Origin: Macrostomum lignano
Lineage: Eukaryota
Assembly: GCA_002269645.1 (NCBI GenBank)
Contig: NIVC01003673.1
Span: 1-45,400 of the forward strand
DNA: 45,400 nt
Reading direction: 5' to 3'
The notes below the pieces were generated by a model. It was not told the DNA's origin and ran no database searches. It saw only the letters and a program-made list of their open reading frames with translations. Every line of letters starts with the position of its first letter. The stretch's first letter is position 1. Below, piece by piece: positions 1 to 12,403 of this stretch. The translations under genes and the position numbers were made by a program.

Positions 1-372
1 CCTGGAGCTGGTACAGCCGGTCCGCCCACAGTCTTCAACTCCAACGCACTGGACCAGATAACACATGCGTAGGTAATACTGGGTCGAATGATGCCAGTGT
101 AGATCCACCTGACCGTCTTGGGAGATTGTCCCCAGGTAGGCCCAACGTGCTTGGTTAAGTCCAACGCAGATCGTGAGTGAGCGTCACACCTAGATATTTT
201 GTTTCCTTGACTAGGGGATGTCCTTACCATAGATGGTGAGGTTCCGCATGCTCCACTTCCGCTTCCTGGTGAAGATAATGGCCATCGTCTTAGCAGTGCT
301 AATGGTTAGGCCGTGCCGGGTAGCCCAGGCTTGCGCCTTATCGGCGGAGCCGTGCCATTTCAGTGGTTTTAA
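1..372 (-). mobile_element. Decayed non-LTR retrotransposon fragment (RT C-terminal region, LOA/R1-like), runs off the window start
   Basis: Minus-strand translation across frameshifts gives [20 protein letters not shown](L)[43 protein letters not shown]. This is homologous to the RT C-terminus of the element at 16-18.6 kb (KTVAIMFTSRRNW..CLGVTLDHRLSW..TWGLTPRRLWWIYTAIVRP). It has several frameshifts and an internal deletion. Confidence 0.85.
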
Positions 373-374
373 GG

Positions 375-529
375 TAACCTTTTTACAACTGGTGAACTGA
401 AGCAATGCAGAGTTAAGTATCTTGCTCAAGGACACAAATTGTGGGTAGAGACCGAGTGGGTCGAGAATTGAATCCCCAACCTTTCAGTCGTGAGTCCGAA
501 GCTCTAACCACACTATAGGCTGCGACCCC
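375..529 (-). mobile_element. tRNA-derived SINE-like element
   Basis: The minus strand reads GGGGTCGCAGCCTATAGTGTGGTTAGAGCTTCGGACTCACGACTGAAAGGTTGGGGATTCAATTC (A- and B-box-like). It continues TGTGTCCTTGAGCAAGATACTTAACTCTGCATTGCTTCAGTTCACC, resembling CORE/V-type central SINE domains. Similarity judged by eye. Confidence 0.6.
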
Positions 530-1598
530 ACTAGCTTCAAGGCCAAGCGCTCTCCTATTAATGATGAAGTGGAAGCAGAACCGAAAACTGTCGACATTGA
601 TTATATAGTCACGCAAGAATTCAACGAGCGGCCCATCTAGAGATAATTAGCATTTAACAATACATCGTATTTTTGGCTTCATGAAGTGAAAAAATAGCTA
701 ATGTTTTTTCAGACAGCTTTAATAACATAAGTTTGGAATCAATATACACTTGCAAAAATACGTACATTTATGTATACGCAATCAATGTTTTTCCTGCCTA
801 CCCTGAGCTTTAGCGCGGCTCTTCAAGTGAACACTTAAAAGGAAAAGAGCTGAAAAATGAGAAAAGGGAGGTTGCTGAAGTGTACCGAGCGGGAAGTGCT
901 ACCCTTCTTGGGAAACTAGGAAAAATTAGTCAAGAACCAGAGAGTTTTGCCCAATTGACGCCTAAACACCACCTGTCGGCACTCTGTGGCTGTTTTTACG
1001 TGTATACATCGGAGTTGTCTATTTTATCGCGTTGTGTCAAGCGCTTTAATTGTTTGTGCCGCCTTCTGAGTCAGGTTTACCCCACCTCTACAGAAGAGTA
1101 GGAAATGAAGCCGCTTTCCATCTCCGTGTCAGCTTCTCAACTTCCTAGCCAAGTAGCTCCTACTCTCGATCTTTCTCCCAAAGCCACTCGACTCATCCCG
1201 TCACCCTTAGTTACTGGTCCAACAACTCAAGCTAAAGTAACTTCTGTAGAAAATATTTCTTTTGTTTTTATTCCCAAGTTAGTCCCAGCCGCTGTCAAAA
1301 ATAGGAACAGGAAACATAAAGCAGGCGTGCATCTTCAGACAGCAAATGCAGCGCTTGAGAAAGGCTGGCTTATTGATTCGCTGAGAGGGTTGCGTCTTCA
1401 TTGTGGTCCAAGCATTTTGACTATTTAGCTGACGCCTCTCACGGAAATATGGACGCCACTCTCTCAAGGAGGAGGAGAAACTTTTCAATTGGGTATAAAA
1501 AAGTAAATTTAACAGCAAGAGACGAAACAGATAAGATTACGAAAAATCTTAAAATTTTTATTCCATTCCGAACTACTCGTAGAACTTTTTTAGCTGAA

Positions 1599-3301
1599 AT
1601 GATTTCGCAACTAATAATACTTTGCCTGCTCTCCACCGGTAAGATACCTAATCCATTCCGCAACTCACTTTGACCCAAATATCCCTGAACTCCCAATTAA
1701 TTTGCTGATTTCAGCCACCTGCGTGACTGCCAGCCAAGCTCCTGAGCAAGAGTACTACCTGGTCGATGAGCCCGTTACCATCAACGCCTCGGTGAGCAGC
1801 GAAGTGATCAATGTGACGGGGTGGCTTCCGAGATCGACTGCGTGACGAGGTGCCTGTCGAGAGGCTGCTCAGTGGCGGTGGCTCACGAGAGCATCGGGCT
1901 CTGCCAAATGGCCATGGTGTACGAAGGCCACTCGTCCGGGAGTCGCGTGCAGAGGCTGCTGGGCTCGGAGGCCGGAGCCAGGGTCTGGACGTTCGACGCA
2001 CCGCTAATTCACCTAAACTTCAGCATTGAGTTTCTCAGTAAGGACTTCTGCAAAATTCCAAAGTTTCGTTAGATCTGCGAATATTTATCTCTCTATGCTA
2101 AACTCCATCTTCCAGACTCCAGCACCGGTAGAAACGGCACCATCCAGCAGCTGCTGATCGACACCACCCACTGCTACCGGATTGAAGCTGCCGGTGCCAG
2201 CGGGAGTCCGGGGCTCGACAACCGAGCGGTCGAGGAGCTGTCATGGCAGGCAACTTCAGCCTGACTGCCGGCACCCTGCTGACCATTGTTGTCGGACAGC
2301 AGGGGGCCCCGCTAGCGGTGATGGCGGCGGAGGTGGCGGCGGAGGCAGCTTTGTGTACACTGTCAACGCCTCTGGCAACCCGCTGCTGCTGCTAGCTGCT
2401 GGCGGAGGCGGCGGTGGCTGCTACTATGACGCTGGTAAGTGCCAGAGCAGGGTCTCGTCTGACTGCTGAATCACCTGTTTGAGATGAGAGCCTTCATGCG
2501 AACGCGAGCATTGGTTATCAAAGAAGAATGAAGCGGATTAAAAAAAATTAAAGAGATAATTAACAATTATTTTCTTGATTAGGACTCATTATTTGACATC
2601 ATCAGGGTTGAATTATTTAACGAACGAGTGACTGAGCAAATTTAAAGTATGTACAGCTAGAGGAGAATGAGCAAAAGCAATGACTATGGCCCTAACCTTT
2701 GATTGATGGATTGGTTGATTGATTGATTGACTTATTGATTGATTGGTTATTTACAAGCTTACTACTTACTATTAGTAGTCAGTTATCAAAGTTAAAGCTC
2801 CTGTCGTGTTTCAAAATTCAGGTGCTGATGGCTCAGGAGACGAAAGAGGCACGAACTCAGTTGCTGGGATTCTGATTACTCTGGCTACGGCGGCAGCAAC
2901 GGTCAGGCGGGCTTCAGCAATTCTGATAATAATGACGAAGACTACTACCCGGCGGCTGCGGCGCCGGCTGGTTTGGCAAGAATACCAACGCTAAAGCCAC
3001 GCAGCACGACGGCGACCACGGTGGAAGCTTGGCTGACGGCTGGGTCGGCGGAGCCGTTAACACCAACTATAACGGCGGAACCGGAGGGTTCGGAGGCGGC
3101 GGCGGTGGCGGCAGCACCCCCACGAACGACAATGGCGGCGGCGGAGGCGGCGGCTTCAGCGGTGGCGGCGCCGCTGGCAATCACGGTGGCGGAGGCGGCG
3201 GCTCCTTCTGCGGCGGCCGCGGCTGCGCCGCCATCAGCGGCGGCAACACCGGCAGCGACCAGGGCTTCGTCAAGGTGCAGTCGGTCCTGGATTGCGATTG
3301 A
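1599..3301 (+). CDS. Secreted PAN-like + ALK/LTK-type glycine-rich domain protein, copy 1 (frameshifted as assembled; ~388 aa if 5 missing bases are restored)
   Basis: Exons 1599-1638, 1715-2037, 2116-2434 and 2822-3301, all GT-AG with phase-1 introns matching copies 2 and 3. Signal peptide MISQLIILCLLSTATC; motif CVTRCLSRGCSVAVAHESIGLC; GTIQQLLIDTTHCYRIEAAGASG..GRGAVMAGNFSLTAGTLLTIVVGQQG..GGGGGSFV..LLLAAGGGGG. There are 1-bp deletions near 1817, 2220, 2304, 2867 and 2949. Confidence 0.85.
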
Positions 3302-5082
3302 ACAGTTTTGATGATAAAACAACTTTGGTTGAGAATTCGAACGTTTTTGTCAATGTTATTTACCAGCCTAAGTAAGATTTCTAGTTAGTTAGAGGCAGGC
3401 GGTTGTGTGTAGCCTGGCGCACTTTAGGCGCGACATTGGCACACAACCGGCGAGAGCCATTACTGGCGCCCATTCCGCCGAATCCCCTGAGCAGGCACAC
3501 AAGCCCGCGGATACGTACGCAGTCATACGCACAGGCACACACTCACACAGGAGTTTACAGCGGCCCTGACTTTATTTATCGTTAGGCATGTACACTTCAC
3601 TGTGCCTTGGGGGTTGGGCCTCAAAGACGTTAATTTCAGGAGCAGAGCCAAGCCGAGATTCCAATTCAGCCCCAAATTAATGTGACTGCACTTGGTATCG
3701 AGCCTGGGCTGCTGGCACATCAGAGCGCCACGTTGGACCGCTGGGCTTCAGCCCCCTACCCGTGACCTGACACAACAATTCTATATAGCACATGCATACG
3801 GTTATTATTACTACTAGTACATTTTCTTCTTCGTAAACATCATGTACTTTCTGCTAGAAATTGCCTTCATAGTTGCTCCTGTTCTTTTTGCTTTTTTTGC
3901 TGTATTTTTCTTTCACAAAGTAAAAAAGGTTTTTCAATCTGTGATATTTAATTTGGGCCCTTTGGGCCAGTAAGCAACTTCTCTCGGACCTCCCCATGAG
4001 GGTGTAATTCGAATTTGTAATTTTGCTGTTACACCCTATCGCTCAGCGTGGTGATTACGTAATATACGCCCCGCAGTGTAAAGTGGAAGTTGTGCAACAT
4101 GCAATTAGGGAGATTCAAGAGAAGTTGTTTACTTGTGCAAGTTTTAAATGTTGCCATTTCTCTAAGCTCTGCATCATTAACAACCCGATTTGTTCGATTT
4201 CGATCGCAGCTTGTGCACTATGCAGTTCTTTATAACAAATAAACATTGCACAAAAGAATTTTAACACCTGATTCTTATTGTTATTTGAAAATCGTTGTAC
4301 ACGCCGCAGAGGTGTTCCATTTTAATTATTTAAGCTAAAGTTAAATGTTTGCGGTTAACAATCTTCTCTGTCAAGTAATGTCGCCATGGGCCATACTACC
4401 GAACATCGGTTAAGGAAGCAACTTCTTCGGTTCTAGGAAAGTCTGTTTCTCAAAAAACCTGTGCTTAATGTGCTTAAAAAGCAGTACAGAAGTGTTTTGA
4501 GTGAGTATTGTCAGCTCAACTAAAAGGGTCTGAAAGTCAGCAGAAAATTGAAAGGGGAGGAGAGAAGCCTCCTACCCTGCTGACGCTGAGCACCTGTCCT
4601 CCTGCCCCTCTCGTCCATTTAGTTGCCAAGTGCCTTTGTTGCCAAGGCGATCTTCTAAGTTATTAACCCGGCCCCCGCCAAAAGAGGAGGAAGATGCTTC
4701 TAACTTCTCAACACCCAACAAGAGTTTCTACTCCTGATCATTGTTCTTTGCTCAGCAAGACTCGCCTGCCGCCTTACTGGTCTTTGCTTTTGTTTTAAGA
4801 GGCTCCCAAATTCACTGGCAAAAACTGAGACAAAAGCTGAAAGCTGCCAGGGAAGCCTGACAGGATTGAGAGGCTGGCGTATTGACCGAAGGGTAAAAAT
4901 AGCGATGAAGAGGTTGTTTACCTGCCTTCCTTGTGGTATACTTAGGCTATTTAGCAAAATTCTCGCACCACAGAAATTGTGAGGCTCTCCTAATAAGCAG
5001 GGGTTCAAGTCTTTTTTCAAGGCGATACAAATCAAGACTAACCCTGATTTTATAATATTCAATCCTAGTTTTCTTTACTGAA

Positions 5083-7412
5083 ATGATTTCGCAAATAGTA
5101 CTACTTAGCCTGCTCTCCACCGGTAAGATACCTAATCCATTCCGCAACTCACTTTGACCCAAATATCCCTGAACTCCCAATTAATTTGCTGATTTCAGCC
5201 ACCTGCGTGACTGCCAGCCAAGCTCCTGAGCAAGAGTACTACCTGGTCGATGAGCCCGTTACCATCAACGCCTCGGTGAGCAGCGAAGTGATCAATGTGA
5301 CCGGGGTGGCTTCCGAGATCGACTGCGTGACGAGGTGCCTGTCGAGAGGCTGCTCGGTGGCGGTGGCTCACGAGAGCATCGGGCTCTGCCAGATGGCCAT
5401 GGTGTACGAAGGCCACTCGTCCGGTATTCGCGTGCAGAGGCTGCTGGGCTCGGAGGCCGGAGCCAGGGTCTGGACGTTCGACAAGATAAGCTCGGGACCT
5501 CGGGACAACAGGACTTTTATAAGTGAGCATTTATTTCTACTCTTTCACTTCGGCTTGTCTGGAAAGTCGAGAAAATGTGTGAAGCAAGCAAGAAAGAAGC
5601 AAGCTGTTGACATGGTGGACAAAGCTCAAGATCCTGACTTTATCGCCAGCCAAAGTAATAAAAGATCGTTGGCACAGTTCCCTAACAGCAGAAGTCGTAA
5701 ATTTCAGACACCGGAACCGGCCGGACCGGCTCCATCCAGCAGCTGCTGATCAACTCCACCGGGTGCTACCGAATTAAAGCTGCCGGTGCCAGCGGCGGCT
5801 CCAGCACAGCCAAATCAGGCGGTCGCGGAGCCGCCATCGCTGGCACCTTCAGCCTGACAGCCGGTATCCTGCTGACCATTGCTGTCGGACAGCAGGGCGG
5901 TGCTGGTGGATCGCTCAGCTGGGGGGGCTACACAGGAGCTGGCGGAGGCGGAGGCAGCTTCGTGTACACATTTAACACGACTGGTTTGCCAACACTGCTT
6001 CTGGCCGCCGGCGGTGGTGGAGGCGCCTGTTACACTACTAATGGTAATGCTTTTAATGCCTGTTAATCCAATACACTAAAAATGTTCTGTCGGTATGTGT
6101 GTGATCGGGCCTGACAATGATCAAGGTGGAATGCTGAGGCACATGTAACAAAGCTTCTAGTCTAAGAATTCTTGCTAAAAGGGGCTACTTTTCCTGCTGA
6201 ATCTCTGACATGAATAACAATAGAGACTATCAAACATGGTTGAATGTTTTTTTAGATTTTTTCTTTAGCTGCCTAAAACACATTGCAGTACGAGACCCCT
6301 TGCTACCCCGGCCCTGTCCCCCAGCGACCATGAGAGTGAAATGTAGTATTGTTAGTGGTAAATGTTTCATTCGAATTTAAAGAAGTTGGAAAAACATCGC
6401 AATGGGCCCGTCAACTTAAGCCCATAAAGTGGAGCCTGAGTAACATATGTACACAAATGATACGCCATTATTGTCACAATGGCACTAGAAGGAAGCTGGG
6501 TGGTTGCACTAAAAAGCGACGAAAATTGGACTACGTAGGTAGAATAAAAAATTAACATAGAATCCGATTTTTCTGAACGAGAAGCTTTATGAATATCAAT
6601 AGAGCAATAAGAAAGGCGCAAATTATCAAAAGACGAACACTGGATCTGCCTCCTATCAAAAGCAATAACAATTTTTGTGCTGAAAAAATGAAAACTTCCT
6701 ATCTCCGCTGTGTATTTTTTTCGGAGGAAACCTGCCTTCAAACATTTTTCAAAAACGAGGTTTCCTGTCCTTCCACTTAAGCCGTCCTTGATCCGTAACC
6801 GTAGCCGCCACTAGCTAGGCAGGATCTCCGTAGTCGCAATCCGTAACCGAATTAAGTTTTAGGGTCCTTCTGCTTCGGTTGTCCATCAGTGACTCTAATA
6901 TCTCGTAAATATACCCCTCCATGGTTAATATTTCAGGCGCCGCCGGTTCCGGAGGAACATCCGGTACGGCTTCGATACCCGGTGACACTCCATACTACGG
7001 CTACGGAGGAGCGAACGGTCAGCCCGGATCCAACAACCCCGCTGGAAGGAAAACAGACTCTTACGTCGGTGGCTGCGGCGCCGGGTGGCTGGGAAAGGCA
7101 GCAAACCCACCAAGTAACATGTACGATGGAGGTCGAGGCGGCAGTCTGGCTGATGGCTGGATTTGTGACAGCGCTGGGACTGCTGGCGGCTTCGGTGGCG
7201 GAGGCGGAGGAGCTAATTACCCGATGACGAGTCTCAACGCCGGTGGCGGTGGCGGCGGCTACAGCGGCGGCGGTGCCGGCGTCGCTGGCAATCACGGCGG
7301 CGGAGGCGGCGGCTCCTTCTGTGGCGGCAGCGGCTGCGCCGCCAGCAGCGGCGGCAACACCGGCAGCGACCAGGGCTTCGTCAAGGTGTGGCCGATTGAT
7401 CAATGCAATTAG
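5083..7412 (+). CDS. Secreted PAN-like + ALK/LTK-type glycine-rich domain protein, copy 2 (intact, 391 aa)
   Basis: Exons 5083-5122, 5199-5522, 5708-6043 and 6937-7412 sum to 1176 nt, open throughout, with GT-AG introns. Signal peptide MISQIVLLSLLSTATC, a 4-Cys PAN/apple-like core, then TGCYRIKAAGASGG..GGRGAAIAGTFSLTAGILLTIAVGQQG..GGGGGSFVY..LLLAAGGGGG, typical of the ALK/LTK glycine-rich domain (Pfam PF12810-like). Confidence 0.9.
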
Positions 7413-8316
7413 TGGGGCTTTTTGGGAGAAAAGCTAAAATGATGGCGTATCGAAGGAAACTGGAAGCGAAAATTGCCAAAGCCCTTATAACAAATCATTT
7501 TAAAAAGTTTATTTGTTAATTTATTTATAAAATCTCTTTTCGAAGTCATGCAAGATTTTTTGTGGCAGAGTCAACGAAATTTTGAATAACGCTTTTTCTG
7601 CTTTTGAATTTTAATGTTACAATCGTTTTAAGGAAATTTTTACAAACTAAGCCTAAATTATCATTATTAAACTTTTCTCTGCCTCCAATTTCACTCGCAT
7701 GCCCTATTGAATGCTGTAGTGTTCGTTGTCGCCAGAATATTTATATTTTTTTATTCAAAAGGCACCTTTGGCTTTCGCCATTTTTTGTTAAAATCGATTT
7801 TTTATTGAAAAATGATTCGTATGCGATAATAGTAGTCCATATATACTTAATTTTCTCTGGTGATAATTTATCTTGTTTATGAAGTTATTTTTCTCAAATG
7901 CCGGCACGTCAATCAATGCTTTTATTTTGTACCAGATTCTTAATCTTTTTTTGTTACTCAAGTCCAGCTTATTCTTTTTGTTTATTTATTCTAAACTAAA
8001 CTTATTGCTTAACTTTTCAACCGTATTTATCCGCTACGACGCGTCTATTTTAATTGAAACAGTTGAAACTCACTACTCGAATATACGAAATATACTACTA
8101 CCCTTGTCCACGTAGTTTTGCACATTTTTGCATGAAGCACTATCAGCTAGCTACTCAGATACCTATAATGTGCCCGTTGTTTAGTTTTGGAAGTGCAGCG
8201 GATAAAGTGAGGTACAAATAACATGCAAGATTGGATCAGCTGATAGACATCGATGCAGTCTGCTGGACACGATAACAATAATAATTATGATTGCACCTAC
8301 CCTAATTGGGCCAGAT

Positions 8317-8545
8317 GTGCAACCGTTAGACGCAATGCAACCTATTAGACAGAATGCAACCTGTTAGACACAATGCAACCTGTTAGACACAATGCAACCT
8401 ATTAGACAGAATGCAACCTGTTAGACACAATGAAACCTGTTAGACACAATTAAACCTGTTATACACAATGCAACCTGTTAGACACAATGCAACATATTAG
8501 AAACAATGCAACCTGTTAGACACAATGCAACCTGTTAGACACGAT
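8317..8545. repeat. 19-bp tandem repeat (AATGCAACCTGTTAGACAC), about 11-12 copies
   Basis: Read directly from the sequence. Confidence 0.9.
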
Positions 8546-9548
8546 GGAATAGATTTTTTGGAGCAGTCGTGGCAGTTGGGTACGATGGCTGACAACCAGG
8601 AAAGGGGACCTTAAGCGGCTCAAGGAAGGAACTGGAGTAGCCTCTTCTTGGTGTGTCAGGATACAAACTAAGATCCTGCTTGCTTCTGTAACGGCCTATT
8701 ATAATGTTGTATAACTACGAGTACATAACTCTTTTAATCATTGTTGCATACATAATTCTTTGTTCTCAAAACTAGCCTTATCTATTAACTCTTGCCTTAT
8801 CGATTCATATTTGCGCATAAATAGAATCTTAATACTTACCGCCTTTTTCTTGCGTATTTTACGAGTAAACTGCTGACACTTTATTATTAGTATTAGATGT
8901 TTATTTTGTTAGAAAATTAGTAACTTCAGCGCGCATCTCTGATAAAAACTTTTCAATAAGAATATTTTTGTTTTAAACTATCCGCCATTTTTAGTAATAA
9001 GAGTATAAATACAAGCGTATTAGCCTCTCTAGAAGGCAACTTGTGCTGGCTTGAAATTAGGCCTGGCGCCGAAAGAACAGTTTGTTCTAAAAATAGCCTT
9101 GTGTCAGACGTGTTAAACATTCGCCGACACTTATTCAGAAACTTCTACAGACACTTTAGTTTCTGTCGTACGAATCGTAGGAACAAGCATTAAATTTGTT
9201 TATTCCTAACAAACTTTCAGTAAAATGCTTTATTTTAAGCTTTTTTTGCTTTATTTTATTAAATATGAATCATGAAATTTGTTATTCTGCATAGATTCTC
9301 TTCACGTGAAGAAGAATGTCAAATTTGTCCAGGACACTTCCTAATTCATATTTAATAAAATAAAGCAAAAAAAGCTTAAAATAAAACATTGGCTTTTTTG
9401 GCTTAAAAACTGTGGGAGGGTAAGGGAGTGAGACGTCCCTCTGGTAAATAAACCAGATAACACCACAAGATAATTTGCGAATCTTGTCAGATTCACTACC
9501 GATTTCCTTGTTTGAGGTGCGAAACTGGTGAAACCACCAGATTCGTCA

Positions 9549-9890
9549 CCAGGTAATTTTTTGTTTTCTTGTTTGACTGTTATCTGGTGAGTTATCTGAA
9601 TTTCACCAGATAACATGGCCCGAATCTTGCTTAGAAATCAGATTACATGACAAAATTTGCCACCAGATAATTTTTTGTTTTCTTGTGTGATTGAATCTTG
9701 TTTGAATCGGAATTTCACATGATAATATGGTGCGAATCTTGTTTGAAAATCAGATAACAGTACAAGATTCGCCACCAGGTAATTTTTTGTTTTCTTGTTT
9801 GATTGAATCTTGTTTGAATCGGAATTTCACAGGATAACATGGTGCGAATCTTGTTTGAAAGACAGATAACAGTACAAGATTTAAATCAGG
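9549..9890. repeat. Left subterminal ~112-bp tandem units (about 3 copies) of the CACTA-like element
   Basis: Units start CACCAG(G/A)TAATTTTTTGTTTTCTTG at about 9548, 9661 and 9773. Confidence 0.8.
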
Positions 9891-10390
9891 ATAACTGTGC
9901 TTTATCTAGTCTGTAAGAAACCTGTGTGAATCTGAAATTTACCGGATAAAAGGATGCGAATCTGGTTTGCAAACCAGATAATGGAAAAAGATTTTAATCA
10001 AGATGCCTTTGTGTTATCCGGTCTGTAAGAACCCGTTGTACTTTTCACCCATATTTTTTTCAGAATTTCGTGATCCAGGCCTGATTTATTAATTGATTTC
10101 CAAATGAAGGCCCGGATCAGCATTTTTAGCCCGGAATAGCCCTTTTTCCGGAAATGTGATCCTGCAAAAGTTCGGGAAAAAGGAAAGCTGTTCCGGCTGC
10201 ATTTTCCAAAATTTTTCACCTTGAACACTGCTAAATTCTAATTGTAGACCCAAATTTCAGGTTTTCCAAATGAAAATGTTCTGGATGAGATTTCAGGAGT
10301 TCAGTCGGAATTCCTCAGTGATCTAGACCAAGTGATTCGGCAAATCCACAGGGATCAGCTCCCATTGACTCGAATCTCTATGAAGTTATG

Positions 10391-10856
10391 GATAAGACTG
10401 GACTTCGCGTCTGTTGTGGCTCAAGGCAGCTGCTATGCTGACCTGCGATGGATAATCAATCCTCGCTTCTGTTGTGGCTCAAGGCAGCTGCTATGCTGAC
10501 CTGCGATGGATAATCGATCCTCGCTTCTGTTGGGACTCAAGGCAGCTCATAAGCTGACCTGCGATGGATAATCAATCCTCGCGTCTGTTGGGACTCAAGG
10601 CAGCTAATATGCTGACCTGCGATGGATAATCAATCCTCGCTTCTGTTGGGACTCAAGGCAGCTAATAAGCTGACCTGCGATGGATAATCAATCCTCGCTT
10701 CTGTTGGGACTCAAGGCAGCTCATAAGCTGACCTGCGATGGATAATCAATCCTCGCGTCTGTTGGGACTCAAGGCAGCTCATAAGCTGACCTGCGATGGA
10801 TAATCAATCCTCGCTTCTGTTGGGACTCAAGGCAGCTGATAAGCTGACCTGCGAGG
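10391..10856. repeat. 58-bp minisatellite, about 8 copies
   Basis: Unit GATAATCAATCCTCGCTTCTGTTGGGACTCAAGGCAGCTNATAAGCTGACCTGCGATG, starting at 10451, 10509, 10567, 10625, 10683, 10741 and 10799. A stray copy lies near 11265-11320. Confidence 0.92.
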
Positions 10857-12403
10857 GGTAAAGTGCCATATATCAGCAAACGCTAGCGCTCGTAATGTGA
10901 GGCCGTGCCCACCCTCCCTGCAGGTGATAGCTTTGTTTGCTCCGACAAACTATTGCATTCTTATTGTGCTGGAGAGGTTTGACTCCCAATGGCATGTAGT
11001 CTGTCGCGGTTACTTAGTGTATCAGATTACCCTATTATCTGGTGCAGCTGAGTGTCTAGATGGAGCTGTGGCATGGTTCCAAAAGCTCCTACTGGCCCAG
11101 TTCTAAGGTAAGCCTTTTTTAAGACAGACGTTCTTCTAGCTCTTGCTAGAGCATGCTCCATTGGGTTGTCTAAAGCGTCTGCAGTGTTGGTGTATGGTCA
11201 CCAGTGAGTGATAATTGAACCCCGCTTCAACCGATGAATCAAAGTTGAGCAGTTGACTGAAAATGCTGACCTACGAGGGGTAATCAAACCTCGCGTCTGT
11301 TGTGGCTCAAGGCAGCGGCTAAGAGTAGTCACTTTTATTTGACTACGCGGGTCAATCTTTCATCCGAGGGGTAATAAAGCCTCGAAATTGCAAGGTGAAT
11401 TGATCTGCTTTTCGGCGGCTCTGTAGCGTCCGTAATGTGAGGCTGTGCCCATCCTCCGTACAGGTGACAATAGAAAAATTGTTGCGCCCTGATTGTGTGC
11501 GAGAGGTTTGACTACCACTGGCATGTCGTCCATCGCACTAGCGACATCTGGAACGCCAAGTCGGTTGGATATTACCTTTGGCATACGGGATTGCGAAGAC
11601 AATTAGGTAAGAGTTTCCAGCGTAGTCGGCATTTCGTGGACGCAACGAAGCCAGCGCCGCGCGAGCCGGCGCATCAGATGATAGCATTCACCTTGTCTCC
11701 GGTCTACGAGCAGCCGATCAACGAAAGCCAGTTGATTCCGGACGACGACTATGCTACGAATGACAATTCTATCGACGCAGCTGACATTACTAGTGAACAG
11801 TCTTACAATCTGGCAATGATTGTCGGCGAACCGTCGCTGTCTGTTAGAGCTAGACGATCGAGCGTGTATGTACATTACTGTTTCTTTATAACTGTGTATA
11901 TTTCGGAGAAACTGCCTTCCATCGCCATCGCCATTTAATTTAACTTTAATAATGCAGAGTCGTTCCATTGCGCCGGCATATAATGCAAGCCCCCGTCAGT
12001 GGTCTCATTAATCGCCTTCCGTGCGCGCGACCCGATCTTTCAAACGTCTGGCTCACGCGTCGACTGCCATCAGAGTCGCGTCCGAGTACAGCAGGTCCGA
12101 CCTGCGACTCAGCACCAGCTCGCAGCAGATCACCAATTCAGTAGTATCAATTAGTAGCCACAGTATAAGTAGGTCTACTTATAACTGGACTGTCGAAACT
12201 CATACGTATGCCACGCTGTTCTCCAGAAGTTTTCGTTCCTGTTGAGCTTGTTCCTGTTCCTTGTTTAGTTTGTATAAGGCGCTTACAAAGTACAACCCGC
12301 TGTTAAATATAGAGATGCTACTCATAAAATCTTGAATCACCAACTTCTTATACGCATCTTTACTGCGAAATTTGATGTCAATGCCTTCCGGCTTCTTTCG
12401 CAT

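Noticed and set aside
460-529. tRNA gene
   Set aside because: Degenerate A/B boxes, no cloverleaf I could fold, and it continues into a SINE-like core.
2945-7437. Ala-rich ORFs overlapping the Gly-rich exons (also 19060-19377)
   Set aside because: Shadow frames of GGC-rich Gly codons.
10391-10856. CRISPR-like array
   Set aside because: Head-to-tail units with no unique spacers, no cas genes and a eukaryotic context.
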